A DNA stretch of 64,000 bases from Planctomycetota bacterium (GTDB lineage Bacteria > Planctomycetota > UBA8108 > SXIK01): assembly GCA_965223845.1 (NCBI GenBank), contig CBDCXR010000004.1, positions 3,936,001-4,000,000 of the forward strand. The letters are read 5' to 3'. A program made the translations under genes and the position numbers. Below the pieces are notes generated by a model. That model was not told the DNA's origin, ran no database searches, and worked only from the letters and a program-made list of their open reading frames with translations. Below, one piece after another: positions 1 to 9,153 of the stretch (positions within the stretch are counted from its first letter, which is position 1; every line of letters starts with the position of its first letter).

Positions 1-65
1 CCCAGCGCGAGCCAAAGCGCGGCGCCGAACAACCAACGTACCGTAGCGAACTGTCGCGTATGCAT
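1..65 (-). CDS. 5' end of a probable secreted protein, running off the left edge
   Basis: ATG at 65 on the minus strand reads MHTRQFATVRWLFGAALWLAL..., which is signal-peptide-like. The frame is open to the window edge. Confidence 0.5.
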   Translation of the reverse strand, partial: MHTRQFATVRWLFGAALWLAL

Positions 66-237
66 TCGACGGGTCTCGATCGGAAACTAGGGGAGTAGCC
101 GCCGCGCTCGAACGTCGCGCGAGATTCAGCGACCCATCCCGAAGTTCCGACCATACCGCCCGTGACGGCGCTTGGAAAGAACTGCACCGCATCTCTGCGG
201 ATGCGTTTCGTAGACTCGCTCGGCGAGCTCCCCTCGC

Positions 238-1218
238 TCAGCGCGGATCGAGTCGATTCGCGATGACCCGCCGAGCGATGACCGCGGAGCGGATCGGCGC
301 CTTCGTCTTCGGATCCGCGATCTTCGCGGCGGACTCGAGGAGCGGGCGCGCCTCGCGCGCCCGGCCTCGCGCGAGGAGGTCCCGCGCGCGCCCGAGCTTT
401 TCGTCGGCGACGATTTCGGCTCGCGCGAGCGCGCTCGACTTCCACTCGGTCGCGGTCGCCCGGGCTCGAGCGGCGATCGGATGACCCTTGAAGCTGCGCT
501 CGAGGCGTCGCGCGAGGCGCTGCGCCGGTCCGTAGCACCCGCGCCGAGTGAGTGCGGAGAGCTGGCGCAGTCGGCGCTCGCCGAACTCTTCGAGAGCTCG
601 CGCCAGCTTGGCCGCGGAGCGATGCTCCCGCGCGAGCGAATGGAGGATCGCGTGCGCTTCGCCGTAGGAGCCCCGTTCGACCGCAGCTCGCGCGCGCCCG
701 TACTCGTCCGGCGCGCCACTCTTCTTCGGCAGACGATATCGAGGGAGGTGCGCCTCGATCACCGTCGTCGACAGATGCCATGGGTGCCCGGACCACACGA
801 CGCGTCCGTCGGGCGCGAACAGCCACGACCACGGCAGCTCGTTCGTGCCGAATTCGGATCCGACTTCCGAGACTAGCCCGTACTCGGCATCGACCCGCTC
901 GCGAAAGTCCATCACCTTGTGCGCGGGTTCATCGGTGACACCGACCGCGACGAATCCGAGCTCGCTGTACGCCGATTGAAGCTCGTTCAACCAGGGAACG
1001 ACCGGCCGGCACAGCCAGTTCCAGGTCGAGTACCGCTGGACGAAGACGAGCTTGCCCTCGAGCGCACCCCACGACGCCACCGGTCCCTCGGGAAGCCAGC
1101 GGCCCTGCGTCGCGCGCGACGGCGCGATCGGATCGGCGGCGTCCGAAGCGGCGACCGGAGCGACGCTGCCGAAGAGTGCGAGAAGGACGAACGAGAATCT
1201 CAGCCGAGAAGGAGGCAT
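238..1218 (-). CDS. Exported TlpA/peroxiredoxin-like thioredoxin-fold protein with helical (TPR-like) C-terminus
   Basis: Signal peptide; LEGKLVFVQRYSTWNWLCRP, ELGFVAVGVTDE and LPWSWLFAPDGRVVWSGHP match the TlpA pattern. The CxxC site reads NxxC. Confidence 0.75.
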   Translation of the reverse strand: MPPSRLRFSFVLLALFGSVAPVAASDAADPIAPSRATQGRWLPEGPVASWGALEGKLVFVQRYSTWNWLCRPVVPWLNELQSAYSELGFVAVGVTDEPAHKVMDFRERVDAEYGLVSEVGSEFGTNELPWSWLFAPDGRVVWSGHPWHLSTTVIEAHLPRYRLPKKSGAPDEYGRARAAVERGSYGEAHAILHSLAREHRSAAKLARALEEFGERRLRQLSALTRRGCYGPAQRLARRLERSFKGHPIAARARATATEWKSSALARAEIVADEKLGRARDLLARGRAREARPLLESAAKIADPKTKAPIRSAVIARRVIANRLDPR

Positions 1219-1445
1219 CGCGAGGTATGGTCTGGGATGAGCGGCGCGAGAGAGTCGCGGCGCCGGGAAAGGAGAGAGGACTGCCGCAAGATGTACCGCG
1301 ATTCGGTCATCGTTCTGTAACCCCGCTCGCCGATCGACCGACCGGAGGCAACGAAAACCTCACCGAGCGACGCGTCGAGCTCCGGCGCAGAATCCGACGA
1401 TAGGGCATCCCGGGATCTTCGCAGCCGTTTCCGCGTACCGCTCCG

Positions 1446-2327
1446 ATGGACACTCAGCTCACCACGGTTCGGAACATTCTCACGCGGACGACCGGATACC
1501 TCAGAACCGTGACCTCGCACTCCGCGCAGCCGTATCGCGGCTGTGCGTTCGGCGCTTCGCTCTGTGGCGTCGGGTGCTACGTCCGCCACAACCACTACGT
1601 CACGCAGGGACGCGAGTGGGGACGGTTCCTCGAGGCGCGCGAAAACGCCGCTTCTTCTTACCGCGAGAACGTCGAGCGCGAACGCCGCTGGGCGCATCGC
1701 CGCGGGACGCCGTTTGGGATCTTCCTCTCGAGCTCGACCGAGCCGTTCCTTCCCCAGGAGTCGCGGCTCGGCATCACTCGCGCTCTTCTCGACGCGATGC
1801 GCGCGTCTCCGCCCGATCGCCTGATCGTGCAGACCCACTCGACGAGCATCTCCGACGCAATCGACGAGCTGACCGGACTTTCGCGCCTCACCGACCTCCG
1901 CGTCCATCTCTCGATCGAGACCGATCGAGAGTCGGTGCCCGGACTACCCCCGCATGCGTGCTCCGTTGAGAATCGATTCGAAGCCGCCGCCAGAGTTCGC
2001 GCGGCGGGACTGCGGACGATCATCACGGTCTCTCCGCTCCTACCCATCGATGACCCCGAACGGTTCTTCAAACGCATAGCAGAAACCGCGGACGCAGTCG
2101 TCCTCGACCACTTCGTCCGCGGCGACGGCTCGCCGGACGGAAGCCGGACGCGTCGAACGCCGCTCCCGCTCGCCATGGAGAGAATCGCGCCGGGATCGAT
2201 CTCGCTCGACTACCTGGATGCGATGGTCGAACTTGCCGAGAGGATTCTTCCCGGCCGGGTGGGTGTCAGCATGGACGGGTTCGCCGGGAGGTACCGCCCG
2301 AGAAGCGCGGGTTCCGAGGCGCTCTGA
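1446..2327 (+). CDS. Radical SAM protein, spore-photoproduct-lyase/Rv2578c-like family
   Basis: QPYRGCAFGASLCGVGCYV Cys cluster; IFLSSSTEPF.PQE, VQTHS, SIETD and VSPLLP motifs are typical of this family. Confidence 0.8.
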   Translation: MDTQLTTVRNILTRTTGYLRTVTSHSAQPYRGCAFGASLCGVGCYVRHNHYVTQGREWGRFLEARENAASSYRENVERERRWAHRRGTPFGIFLSSSTEPFLPQESRLGITRALLDAMRASPPDRLIVQTHSTSISDAIDELTGLSRLTDLRVHLSIETDRESVPGLPPHACSVENRFEAAARVRAAGLRTIITVSPLLPIDDPERFFKRIAETADAVVLDHFVRGDGSPDGSRTRRTPLPLAMERIAPGSISLDYLDAMVELAERILPGRVGVSMDGFAGRYRPRSAGSEAL

Positions 2328-2350
2328 GTGCTGAACGGAACGCCGCCGGT

Positions 2351-4360
2351 TCAGCGCGGCGGCGCGCCGCCCCGGCGTCGCCGCCGCGACGGACGCGCCT
2401 TGCCGCCGGCCTCCTTTCGCGCCGAAGCGCTGCCACTGGCCGGCGGCGGGGCGACGCGTGCTTTCTCTCGAGCCGGTGGCGCGAGAGGAAGCTCGAGCTC
2501 GATCGCGATGGAACCGAGCCACTTCGATTCGTCGTTCTTCGTGCGGCGGAGACGCTCTCCGCTCACGTTCAGCCGCCCGCGATACCGGCGGAGCACGTCG
2601 CGCGCCCAGCGGAGCAGCCCGGCGTCTCCCTCCGGAGGTTCCGCGATCTCGCGGGAAGATTCCGATCGCTCGGCTGCCGGCGTTTTCGCGGAGCGAAAGA
2701 GACGCCGGCGGTCCCCGACCCCGAAGCTCTTTCCCACCGCCTCGATCCCGACGAGCACTCCACCCCGGCGGCGCCGGAGCACGAGACGTACCGGGGCGAG
2801 CGGCTCTCCGTCGCCGTCGCCCTCGCTCCGGTCGATCGCGTACGCAACGAGTCGATCGACGATGTCCCGGACGTGCTTCCGCTCCGCGACGACGATCGCA
2901 CGGTCGGCGAGCCCGCGCGTATCGAAGCCGAGCGCCTTCGCTTCCGCGGCCGCGCGCGCGCGAACGAGGCACTCGTCGAGCAGCTTGCGAAGATCGAAGC
3001 GCTGCCCCGGAATCTCCTCGTTTTGACGGACGGTCTCGCGAAGCGTCGCCAGCTCGCTCGTGACCGCCCCCAGCCTCGATTCCGATTCCGCCGCGAAGCG
3101 ATCCAGCTCGCCGAGCCGGTAGCTCTGTACCAGAGCCGAGGCGAGCCGGACGAGCGGCACGAAGTCGGATTCGTCGAGATCAGTCGAGCTGAGCTCGCGG
3201 CCGGGATCGGGCGAGCCGAACGCGACGACGGCGCGGCGACCGCGCGCGACGAGGGGAAGAAAGAACGCGCTTTTCGTGAGGAGGGTCTTCGCATCGGCGG
3301 CGCGCTCGTTGGCGCGCACTCCGCTGATCGTCGCCGAGATCGCGCCGCGGCCCAGTCGAACCGACTCCGTGACCTCGAGTCCCTCGCTCGGCGCCTCCGG
3401 TAGACGCGACCAAGCGAACGAGAGCATCCCGGGCTCGACGCGCCCGAGTCCGACTGCCGCTGCGATCGGAACCTCGTCGCCGCCGCTCGGGCGATGGGCC
3501 GGTGACGCGAAGAGCGCGATGAAGGAAAGCCCGAGGCGCGCGCGGACTCGTTCGAGATCGAGCTCGCGCTGCGCACTCTCGAGGGAATCGAGGAGCGCCT
3601 CGATCTCGCGCCGCTGAAAGTCAGCCCAGCGGCGTTCAGCGATCTCCGCGAGGCGCGCCGCGAATGCCGCGAGCTTATCGTCGAGCTCGATCGAGCACGC
3701 CGGGATCTCTCCGATCTCCCGTACGAGTCGCTCGCGCGCATTGTCGTCGCGCGGCTCGATCGTCGCCGAGCGCGCGGGATTCGCCTGCTCGGCCCGCGTG
3801 AGCTTCCCGAGCTTCCCGACGCTCTTTCGGATGCGCACGCGGTCGTCGTCCGACTCGACGCGGCGTCCGGCGACGAGAGCGCCGAGCGCTCGTCCCTCGA
3901 CGATGATCGGCGCGATCGAGTCCGTGAGCCCCATGTGGCACCGCCGCCGCTCGACTCGATCCACGGGGCGAGAATCCTCTCGACGAGCGTCACCGAGTGC
4001 GACGAGTGTCTTACGAACAGCGAGTGCCTCGCAACGCGCGCAAGCCGCATCCGCGCCGCGAAACGCGATCGCGTCGCCGGCCGCCGCATGGATCGTTCCC
4101 CGGCGAAAATACGTGCAGAACGGATCGGGCGGGTCGCCTTCCAGTTCGTCCGCGCACAGGGCGCGAAACTCCGGTGGGACGGATCGATCATCCCGCTCCC
4201 GCGCTCCGCTCGCCGGGTCGCCGACGTCCACCTCACACGCAGCGAGGCCGCTCAATCGTTCGCCCACTGGGCCTCCGGCGCCCGCTCGTAGGAGAAGCTT
4301 CAGCTCACCCGCGGGGATCAGATCGGTCAGGCGCTCGGGGCGAAGGGGCCACGTCGACAT
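2351..4360 (-). CDS. PocR-sensor protein with degenerate histidine-kinase-like C-terminus
   Basis: FCTYFR...CARCE...RCHMGLTDSIAPIIVEGRALGALVAG is PocR-like. C-terminal FDLRKLLDECL...RDIVDRLVAYAID...RGRLNVS resembles an eroded HATPase_c. Confidence 0.65.
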   Translation of the reverse strand: MSTWPLRPERLTDLIPAGELKLLLRAGAGGPVGERLSGLAACEVDVGDPASGARERDDRSVPPEFRALCADELEGDPPDPFCTYFRRGTIHAAAGDAIAFRGADAACARCEALAVRKTLVALGDARREDSRPVDRVERRRCHMGLTDSIAPIIVEGRALGALVAGRRVESDDDRVRIRKSVGKLGKLTRAEQANPARSATIEPRDDNARERLVREIGEIPACSIELDDKLAAFAARLAEIAERRWADFQRREIEALLDSLESAQRELDLERVRARLGLSFIALFASPAHRPSGGDEVPIAAAVGLGRVEPGMLSFAWSRLPEAPSEGLEVTESVRLGRGAISATISGVRANERAADAKTLLTKSAFFLPLVARGRRAVVAFGSPDPGRELSSTDLDESDFVPLVRLASALVQSYRLGELDRFAAESESRLGAVTSELATLRETVRQNEEIPGQRFDLRKLLDECLVRARAAAEAKALGFDTRGLADRAIVVAERKHVRDIVDRLVAYAIDRSEGDGDGEPLAPVRLVLRRRRGGVLVGIEAVGKSFGVGDRRRLFRSAKTPAAERSESSREIAEPPEGDAGLLRWARDVLRRYRGRLNVSGERLRRTKNDESKWLGSIAIELELPLAPPAREKARVAPPPASGSASARKEAGGKARPSRRRRRGGAPPR

Positions 4361-4921
4361 CGAAGGTGCACCTCGGAGTCGCGCGTCAGCGCGCGGAAAC
4401 GGGAACCGTCCATGATGAACGGGGCGCCGTCCCTTCTCAATCTCCCGTTCGCCGAACTTCGACTCGAGCCCGCGCGGGAGCGAATCTGCCGCAAACGCGG
4501 CCAGAAATCGCCCGGTTCCGCCGATCCATCATTCTGGGTGAATGCGTTCACGTGCCAGGGACCAAGATCGGACTTTCAGCGAGTGCGGTGACAGCGAACT
4601 CGGCTGAACATGCACGCGAGCAGAGGGTCCCCAGAACCGACGAGGACGAGCCGCGAGACCTAGTGCGGCGCTCGAGGTCGTCGAGGACGGAACACCGCGA
4701 CGACCTCGGCGGTCTTCGCACACCTGAACGGGCCGGTCGACCGCTTTCTTCGCCTCTCGAGATCCCGTCCGCGGTGTCGAAATACCCCGTAGGCGGAGAC
4801 CGCCACCGCTGGGGCATGGCCAAACCCGAGGTGAGACTTCACAATAGCCGAACCCGATGCGATCGGACGCGGGACCCATCCGTCATGTACAGCCGTTTCG
4901 ACCCCCATTCGAGTCAGTCTC

Positions 4922-7033
4922 GTGAGAGCTCCACGCCGCTTCCCCATTCTTTCGGTGATCCTCTTGACCGCTCCCATCGCCGCTGACGTTCCGGAAACTC
5001 GAACCGAGCCGGTCCGAGAAGAGATTCACGGCGAGACCATCGTCGACCCGTACCGCTGGCTCGAAGCGCTCGAGGACGACAGCGAGGAAGTGCGCGCCTG
5101 GACGACTCGACAGAACGACTACACGCGCGAAATCCTCGATCAGTTTCCCGGGCGCGAGAAGCTCGAGAAGCGGATGGCCGACCTCATGCAGATCGGTGCG
5201 ATCGGAACTCCGCGCATGCGTCTCGGCCGGTACTTCTACAGCGAGAGAAAGGGAAACGAGAACCAGGCCTCGCTCTACGTCCGCGAGAGTCACGATGGTC
5301 CCCCGCGCCTCCTCCTCGACACGAACGGACTCGACGAGAAGGGTCTCTACAGCCTCGACTGGTACGTGCCGAGCCGCGACGGCTCGCGCGTCGCCTTCGG
5401 GCTCAGCTACGCGGGCGACGAGATGACGGTGCTCCACGTCCTCGACGTCGACAGCGGAGAGTGGCTCGCGGACGAGATCCCGGGAAAGACTCGCTTCGGC
5501 GGTTGGTCACCCGACGGCGAGAGCTTTCTCTACAGCCGCCTCGAAGATCCCGAGGATGCCTACTCGCGCTCGGTGAGATTCCATCGCATCGGACGACATT
5601 TCCGGCACGATCCCATCCTTCTCCGGCAGACCGTCCCGAGCGAGATCCCGGGCGCGTTCCTCAGCGAGAACGGCCGCTGGATCATCACGGAGATCTTCAA
5701 GGGCTGGTCGAGGCAAGACGTCTACGCTGTCGACGTCGATCGCTGGCTGCGGACCGGTCAGTTCGAGCAGGTACCTGTCGCCGTCGGCTTCGACGCTCGG
5801 TTCTCCGGCGAGGACGTGCTCGGCGACACGCTCTACCTCTCGACGACGCTCGACGCCCCGAACGGCCAGCTCTTCGCGATTCCGCTCAATCGGCCCGAAC
5901 GAGAGAACTGGAAGCCTCTCGTGGCCGAACGCGAGAAAGCCGTCCTCGAGTCGGTGCAGATCGCACGCGGCTACGTCGTGTGCGCCTACACCGAAGACGC
6001 CGTGTCGAAGTTCGAGCGCTTTCGTCTCGACGGAAGCCCGGTCGGCCCGCTCGAGCTCCCGGGTCTCGGCTCCGCGAACCTCCGCACGCACCCGGAGCGC
6101 ACGGAGGCGTTCCTCAGCTACACCAGCTTCAACGAGTCGCAGAGCATCTACCGCGTCGACCTCGCGACCGGAGAGCGCTCGCTGTGGGCGCGCCCGGAGA
6201 TCCCGGTCGATCCGGAGAGTATCGAGGTCAAGCAGATCCACTACGCTTCGAAGGACGGGACGCGCGTCCCGATGTTCGTCATCCACCGAAAAGGCCTCGC
6301 GCTCGACGGCAAGAACCCCTGCGTCCTTTACGGATACGGCGGATTCAACATCTCGCTCACGCCGAGCTTCAGCGCGACGCGCTTTCCGTGGTTCGAGCAC
6401 GGCGGCGTGTTTGCGATCGCGAACCTGCGCGGGGGTGGTGAGTACGGTGAGGCGTGGCATCGCGCGGGGATGCTCGAGAACAAGCAGAACGTCTTCGACG
6501 ATTTCTACGCCGCAGCCGAGACCCTCATTCGCGAGGGCTACACGAACGCGGGGCAACTCGCCTGCTGGGGCGGCTCGAACGGCGGTCTCCTCACCGGAGC
6601 CGCGGTGACTCAGCGGCCGGATCTATTCGCGGCGGCGATCTCCGCCGTGCCGCTTCTCGACATGCTTCGCTATCACAAGTTCCTGATGGCGAAGTTCTGG
6701 GTTCCGGAGTACGGGTCGTCCGAAGACCCGAAGCAGTTCCGCTGGCTCCGAGAGTACTCGCCTTACCACAACATCGAGAAGGGACGGCGCTACCCGGCGC
6801 TCTTCTTCACCGCGGGCGAGAACGACAATCGCGTTCACCCGCTCCACGCGCGCAAGATGGCGGCGGCCATGCAGGCGCTAGCCGGCAACGATCCCGAGAA
6901 GGACCCGATCCTCCTCTGGGTCGACCGCGACGCCGGTCACGGCGCGGGAAAGCCGCTCCACCTCCGAATTCGTGACGTCGCAGATCGTTGGGCATTCACG
7001 ATGCAGCAGACCGGAATGGACCTGACGAAGTAG
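4922..7033 (+). CDS. Prolyl oligopeptidase (S9A), secreted
   Basis: DPYRWLE, LYGYGGFN, NLRGGGEYG, GGSNGG (Ser), DNRVHP (Asp), AGHG (His). Confidence 0.95.
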   Translation: MRAPRRFPILSVILLTAPIAADVPETRTEPVREEIHGETIVDPYRWLEALEDDSEEVRAWTTRQNDYTREILDQFPGREKLEKRMADLMQIGAIGTPRMRLGRYFYSERKGNENQASLYVRESHDGPPRLLLDTNGLDEKGLYSLDWYVPSRDGSRVAFGLSYAGDEMTVLHVLDVDSGEWLADEIPGKTRFGGWSPDGESFLYSRLEDPEDAYSRSVRFHRIGRHFRHDPILLRQTVPSEIPGAFLSENGRWIITEIFKGWSRQDVYAVDVDRWLRTGQFEQVPVAVGFDARFSGEDVLGDTLYLSTTLDAPNGQLFAIPLNRPERENWKPLVAEREKAVLESVQIARGYVVCAYTEDAVSKFERFRLDGSPVGPLELPGLGSANLRTHPERTEAFLSYTSFNESQSIYRVDLATGERSLWARPEIPVDPESIEVKQIHYASKDGTRVPMFVIHRKGLALDGKNPCVLYGYGGFNISLTPSFSATRFPWFEHGGVFAIANLRGGGEYGEAWHRAGMLENKQNVFDDFYAAAETLIREGYTNAGQLACWGGSNGGLLTGAAVTQRPDLFAAAISAVPLLDMLRYHKFLMAKFWVPEYGSSEDPKQFRWLREYSPYHNIEKGRRYPALFFTAGENDNRVHPLHARKMAAAMQALAGNDPEKDPILLWVDRDAGHGAGKPLHLRIRDVADRWAFTMQQTGMDLTK

Positions 7034-7050
7034 CCGCGACGTCGAGCGGC

Positions 7051-7914
7051 TCAAGGTGCCCCCGCGTGCTCTTCGTCGACGTACGTGCACCCGCGTCGAG
7101 CCCGTCGGCCGGCGCGGCGTTCCTCGACGTGCTGCCAGGCGAGAGTTCGCAGTGGCTCGGGTGAATCCGCGCCGGCGTACGCCGTGATCACCGCGTCAGC
7201 GGCCTCTTCGTCGAGACCGCGCGGAAGATCGATGAGCTGCCCGAGATTGCGCGCCCGGCGGGCGACGTCGAGTTCGCCGACGAAGCGCATCCCCGCTGTA
7301 TCGAGCAGCGCGAATCGACCTTCGTCGGCGCCCCACCACGCGTAGATGTTGTTCGGTTTCAGATCGCGGTGCCAGACGCCCGCGTCGTGCACCGAACGCA
7401 GCCACGCGCCGGCGGCGGCGTGGAGCGCTCGTCGTTCCGCGGCGGATTCGAGAACGCGCTCGCCCAGCCACGTGTACTCGCGCAGTGTACGCCCCCCCTC
7501 GAGGAGCTGCGTCACCAGGTACTCGAATCTCCCGCGCGGCCGGAGGGAGGCGGCAACGACGCGCGGCGTCTCGAACCCGGCGGCGCTGAGTCGCACCGCG
7601 TTCCCGAGCTCGCTCGCGAGCGGAGAGAGAAGCCCGAAGCGATAGCCGATGCGCCAGCGAAGAGGCACCCGAGTCCGCTTGACCGCGACGCTCTCCACTC
7701 GCGTCGCCTCGCTCCAGGACTCCGCCCGCACGTCGTGTCGCGTGACCGCCGTCTTTTCGTCCCGCTTGAGCGTGGCGTCCGATCCGATCGCCGCGGCGTG
7801 GGCCGCGAGGAGTGCGGCGAGGGCGTCGGCCCCGATGGGAACCGATGCGATGAAGAGTCCGGCGCTTCGAACGCGTACGCGGTGAATCGAGAAGCGATCG
7901 CCAAGCGCGCTCAC
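7051..7914 (-). CDS. Lipopolysaccharide kinase (Kdo/WaaP/InaA family)
   Basis: VAVKR, GFETPRVVA, HDAGVWHRDLKPNNI, LLDT. GTG start overlaps the GT4 stop. Confidence 0.75.
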   Translation of the reverse strand: MSALGDRFSIHRVRVRSAGLFIASVPIGADALAALLAAHAAAIGSDATLKRDEKTAVTRHDVRAESWSEATRVESVAVKRTRVPLRWRIGYRFGLLSPLASELGNAVRLSAAGFETPRVVAASLRPRGRFEYLVTQLLEGGRTLREYTWLGERVLESAAERRALHAAAGAWLRSVHDAGVWHRDLKPNNIYAWWGADEGRFALLDTAGMRFVGELDVARRARNLGQLIDLPRGLDEEAADAVITAYAGADSPEPLRTLAWQHVEERRAGRRARRGCTYVDEEHAGAP

Positions 7915-9125
7915 AGCCCCTCCCTCGATCCGGCCACTTCCTCGTAGATCTGCTCGAGCGTGAGAAAGTGTCGCTCCCAGCGGAATTCCTCCGCTCGTCT
8001 ACGCGCTGCGACTCGGATCGACTCGAGATCCGGTGTCGCGAAGAATCGGCGGAGCGACTCGGCGAGTGCACCGGCGTCCGTCCGCGCGAGCCTCCAGCCG
8101 TTCACGCCGTCCTCGATCCACTCGGCGGCCCCGGTCGTGGGCGAGACGATCACCGGCGTCCCAGAGGCCAGGGCCTCGCCGGCGATGTTTCCGAATGCGT
8201 CGAAGTAGCTCGGAAGGAGAAGGGCATCCGCGCCGGCCAGCAGCTCCGGGATGTCACTCCTCGGGCCGACGAAGAACACGAGCGACTCGAGGCCGCGAGC
8301 GCGGACGCGTTCGCGGTAGACGTCGAGGCGCGAGTCGCGACCGGCGACGACGAGCGCGGTCTCCGGCAGGTCTCCGGCGTCCTTCAGATCGACGAGTGCG
8401 TCGAGAACGAGATCGAGTCCTTTCCGTTCGAAATCATTCGCGACGAAGCCGAGATAGCGCCGCTCGTCGGCCGACTGGGGTGGCGCGCCCGTCCACTCGG
8501 CGAGCAGCCTTCGCCCCTCCTCGCGCAAATCCGGCCGGAATCGCTCGCAGTCGACACCGCTGTAGACGACGCGAATCCGCTCCGGCGGAAACGCGTACCG
8601 CCGGATGATCTGCTCGCGAACGAACTCGCTGATCGCGACGACGAGCCGAGGTCGGCGCTCGACGTATCGCAAGCGCTCGATGCGGCGGATCACACGATCG
8701 ATCGGATTGAATCGATAATAGAGCGATCGCGCCCCGCGACGGTTGACACGCGAAAGGAACTGCTCGCAGTAGTCGTCCCAGCAGCCCGATCCGTCGCGGT
8801 AGAGGTTGTGGGTGTAGGTCCGGGAGAACCCGTGTACGACGTCGTACGCGTTCGATCGGTGCTCGCGTTCGATGCACCGTCGACTGAACCGAGCGAACGA
8901 CCACACGCGAAGCGGCCGCGGCGAGCGAACGAAGGGAACGCGCACGAGACGGAGGCGCGGGTGCTGCGGCGCGTACGGGAAGCGACCGGCGAAGAAATCG
9001 ACGGAATGACCGTGATCGAGGAGGTAGCGCACGAGGACGCGCACGTAGCCCTCGACGCCGCCCGATTCGGCAAGGCGCGTGTGGTTGAGGGCGATTCGCA
9101 GCGAGCGGCGTGTCGTTTCTACCAT
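7911..9125 (-). CDS. Glycosyltransferase family 4 (WaaG/WabG-like)
   Basis: GGVEGY, VVYSGVD.ERF, FVANDFERKGL, LLPSYFDAFGNIAGEALASGTPVI. Confidence 0.9.
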   Translation of the reverse strand: MVETTRRSLRIALNHTRLAESGGVEGYVRVLVRYLLDHGHSVDFFAGRFPYAPQHPRLRLVRVPFVRSPRPLRVWSFARFSRRCIEREHRSNAYDVVHGFSRTYTHNLYRDGSGCWDDYCEQFLSRVNRRGARSLYYRFNPIDRVIRRIERLRYVERRPRLVVAISEFVREQIIRRYAFPPERIRVVYSGVDCERFRPDLREEGRRLLAEWTGAPPQSADERRYLGFVANDFERKGLDLVLDALVDLKDAGDLPETALVVAGRDSRLDVYRERVRARGLESLVFFVGPRSDIPELLAGADALLLPSYFDAFGNIAGEALASGTPVIVSPTTGAAEWIEDGVNGWRLARTDAGALAESLRRFFATPDLESIRVAARRRAEEFRWERHFLTLEQIYEEVAGSREGL

Positions 9126-9153
9126 CGGCTCGACCCGCGACGTTCTGCCCGAC

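Noticed and set aside
87-104. TAGGGGAGTAGC resembling the yybP-ykoY riboswitch 5' end
   Set aside because: Wrong strand relative to the flanking genes, and the conserved 3' elements were not found.
4529-4879. Small ORFs in the 4361-4921 gap
   Set aside because: No RBS, motif or codon-style support.
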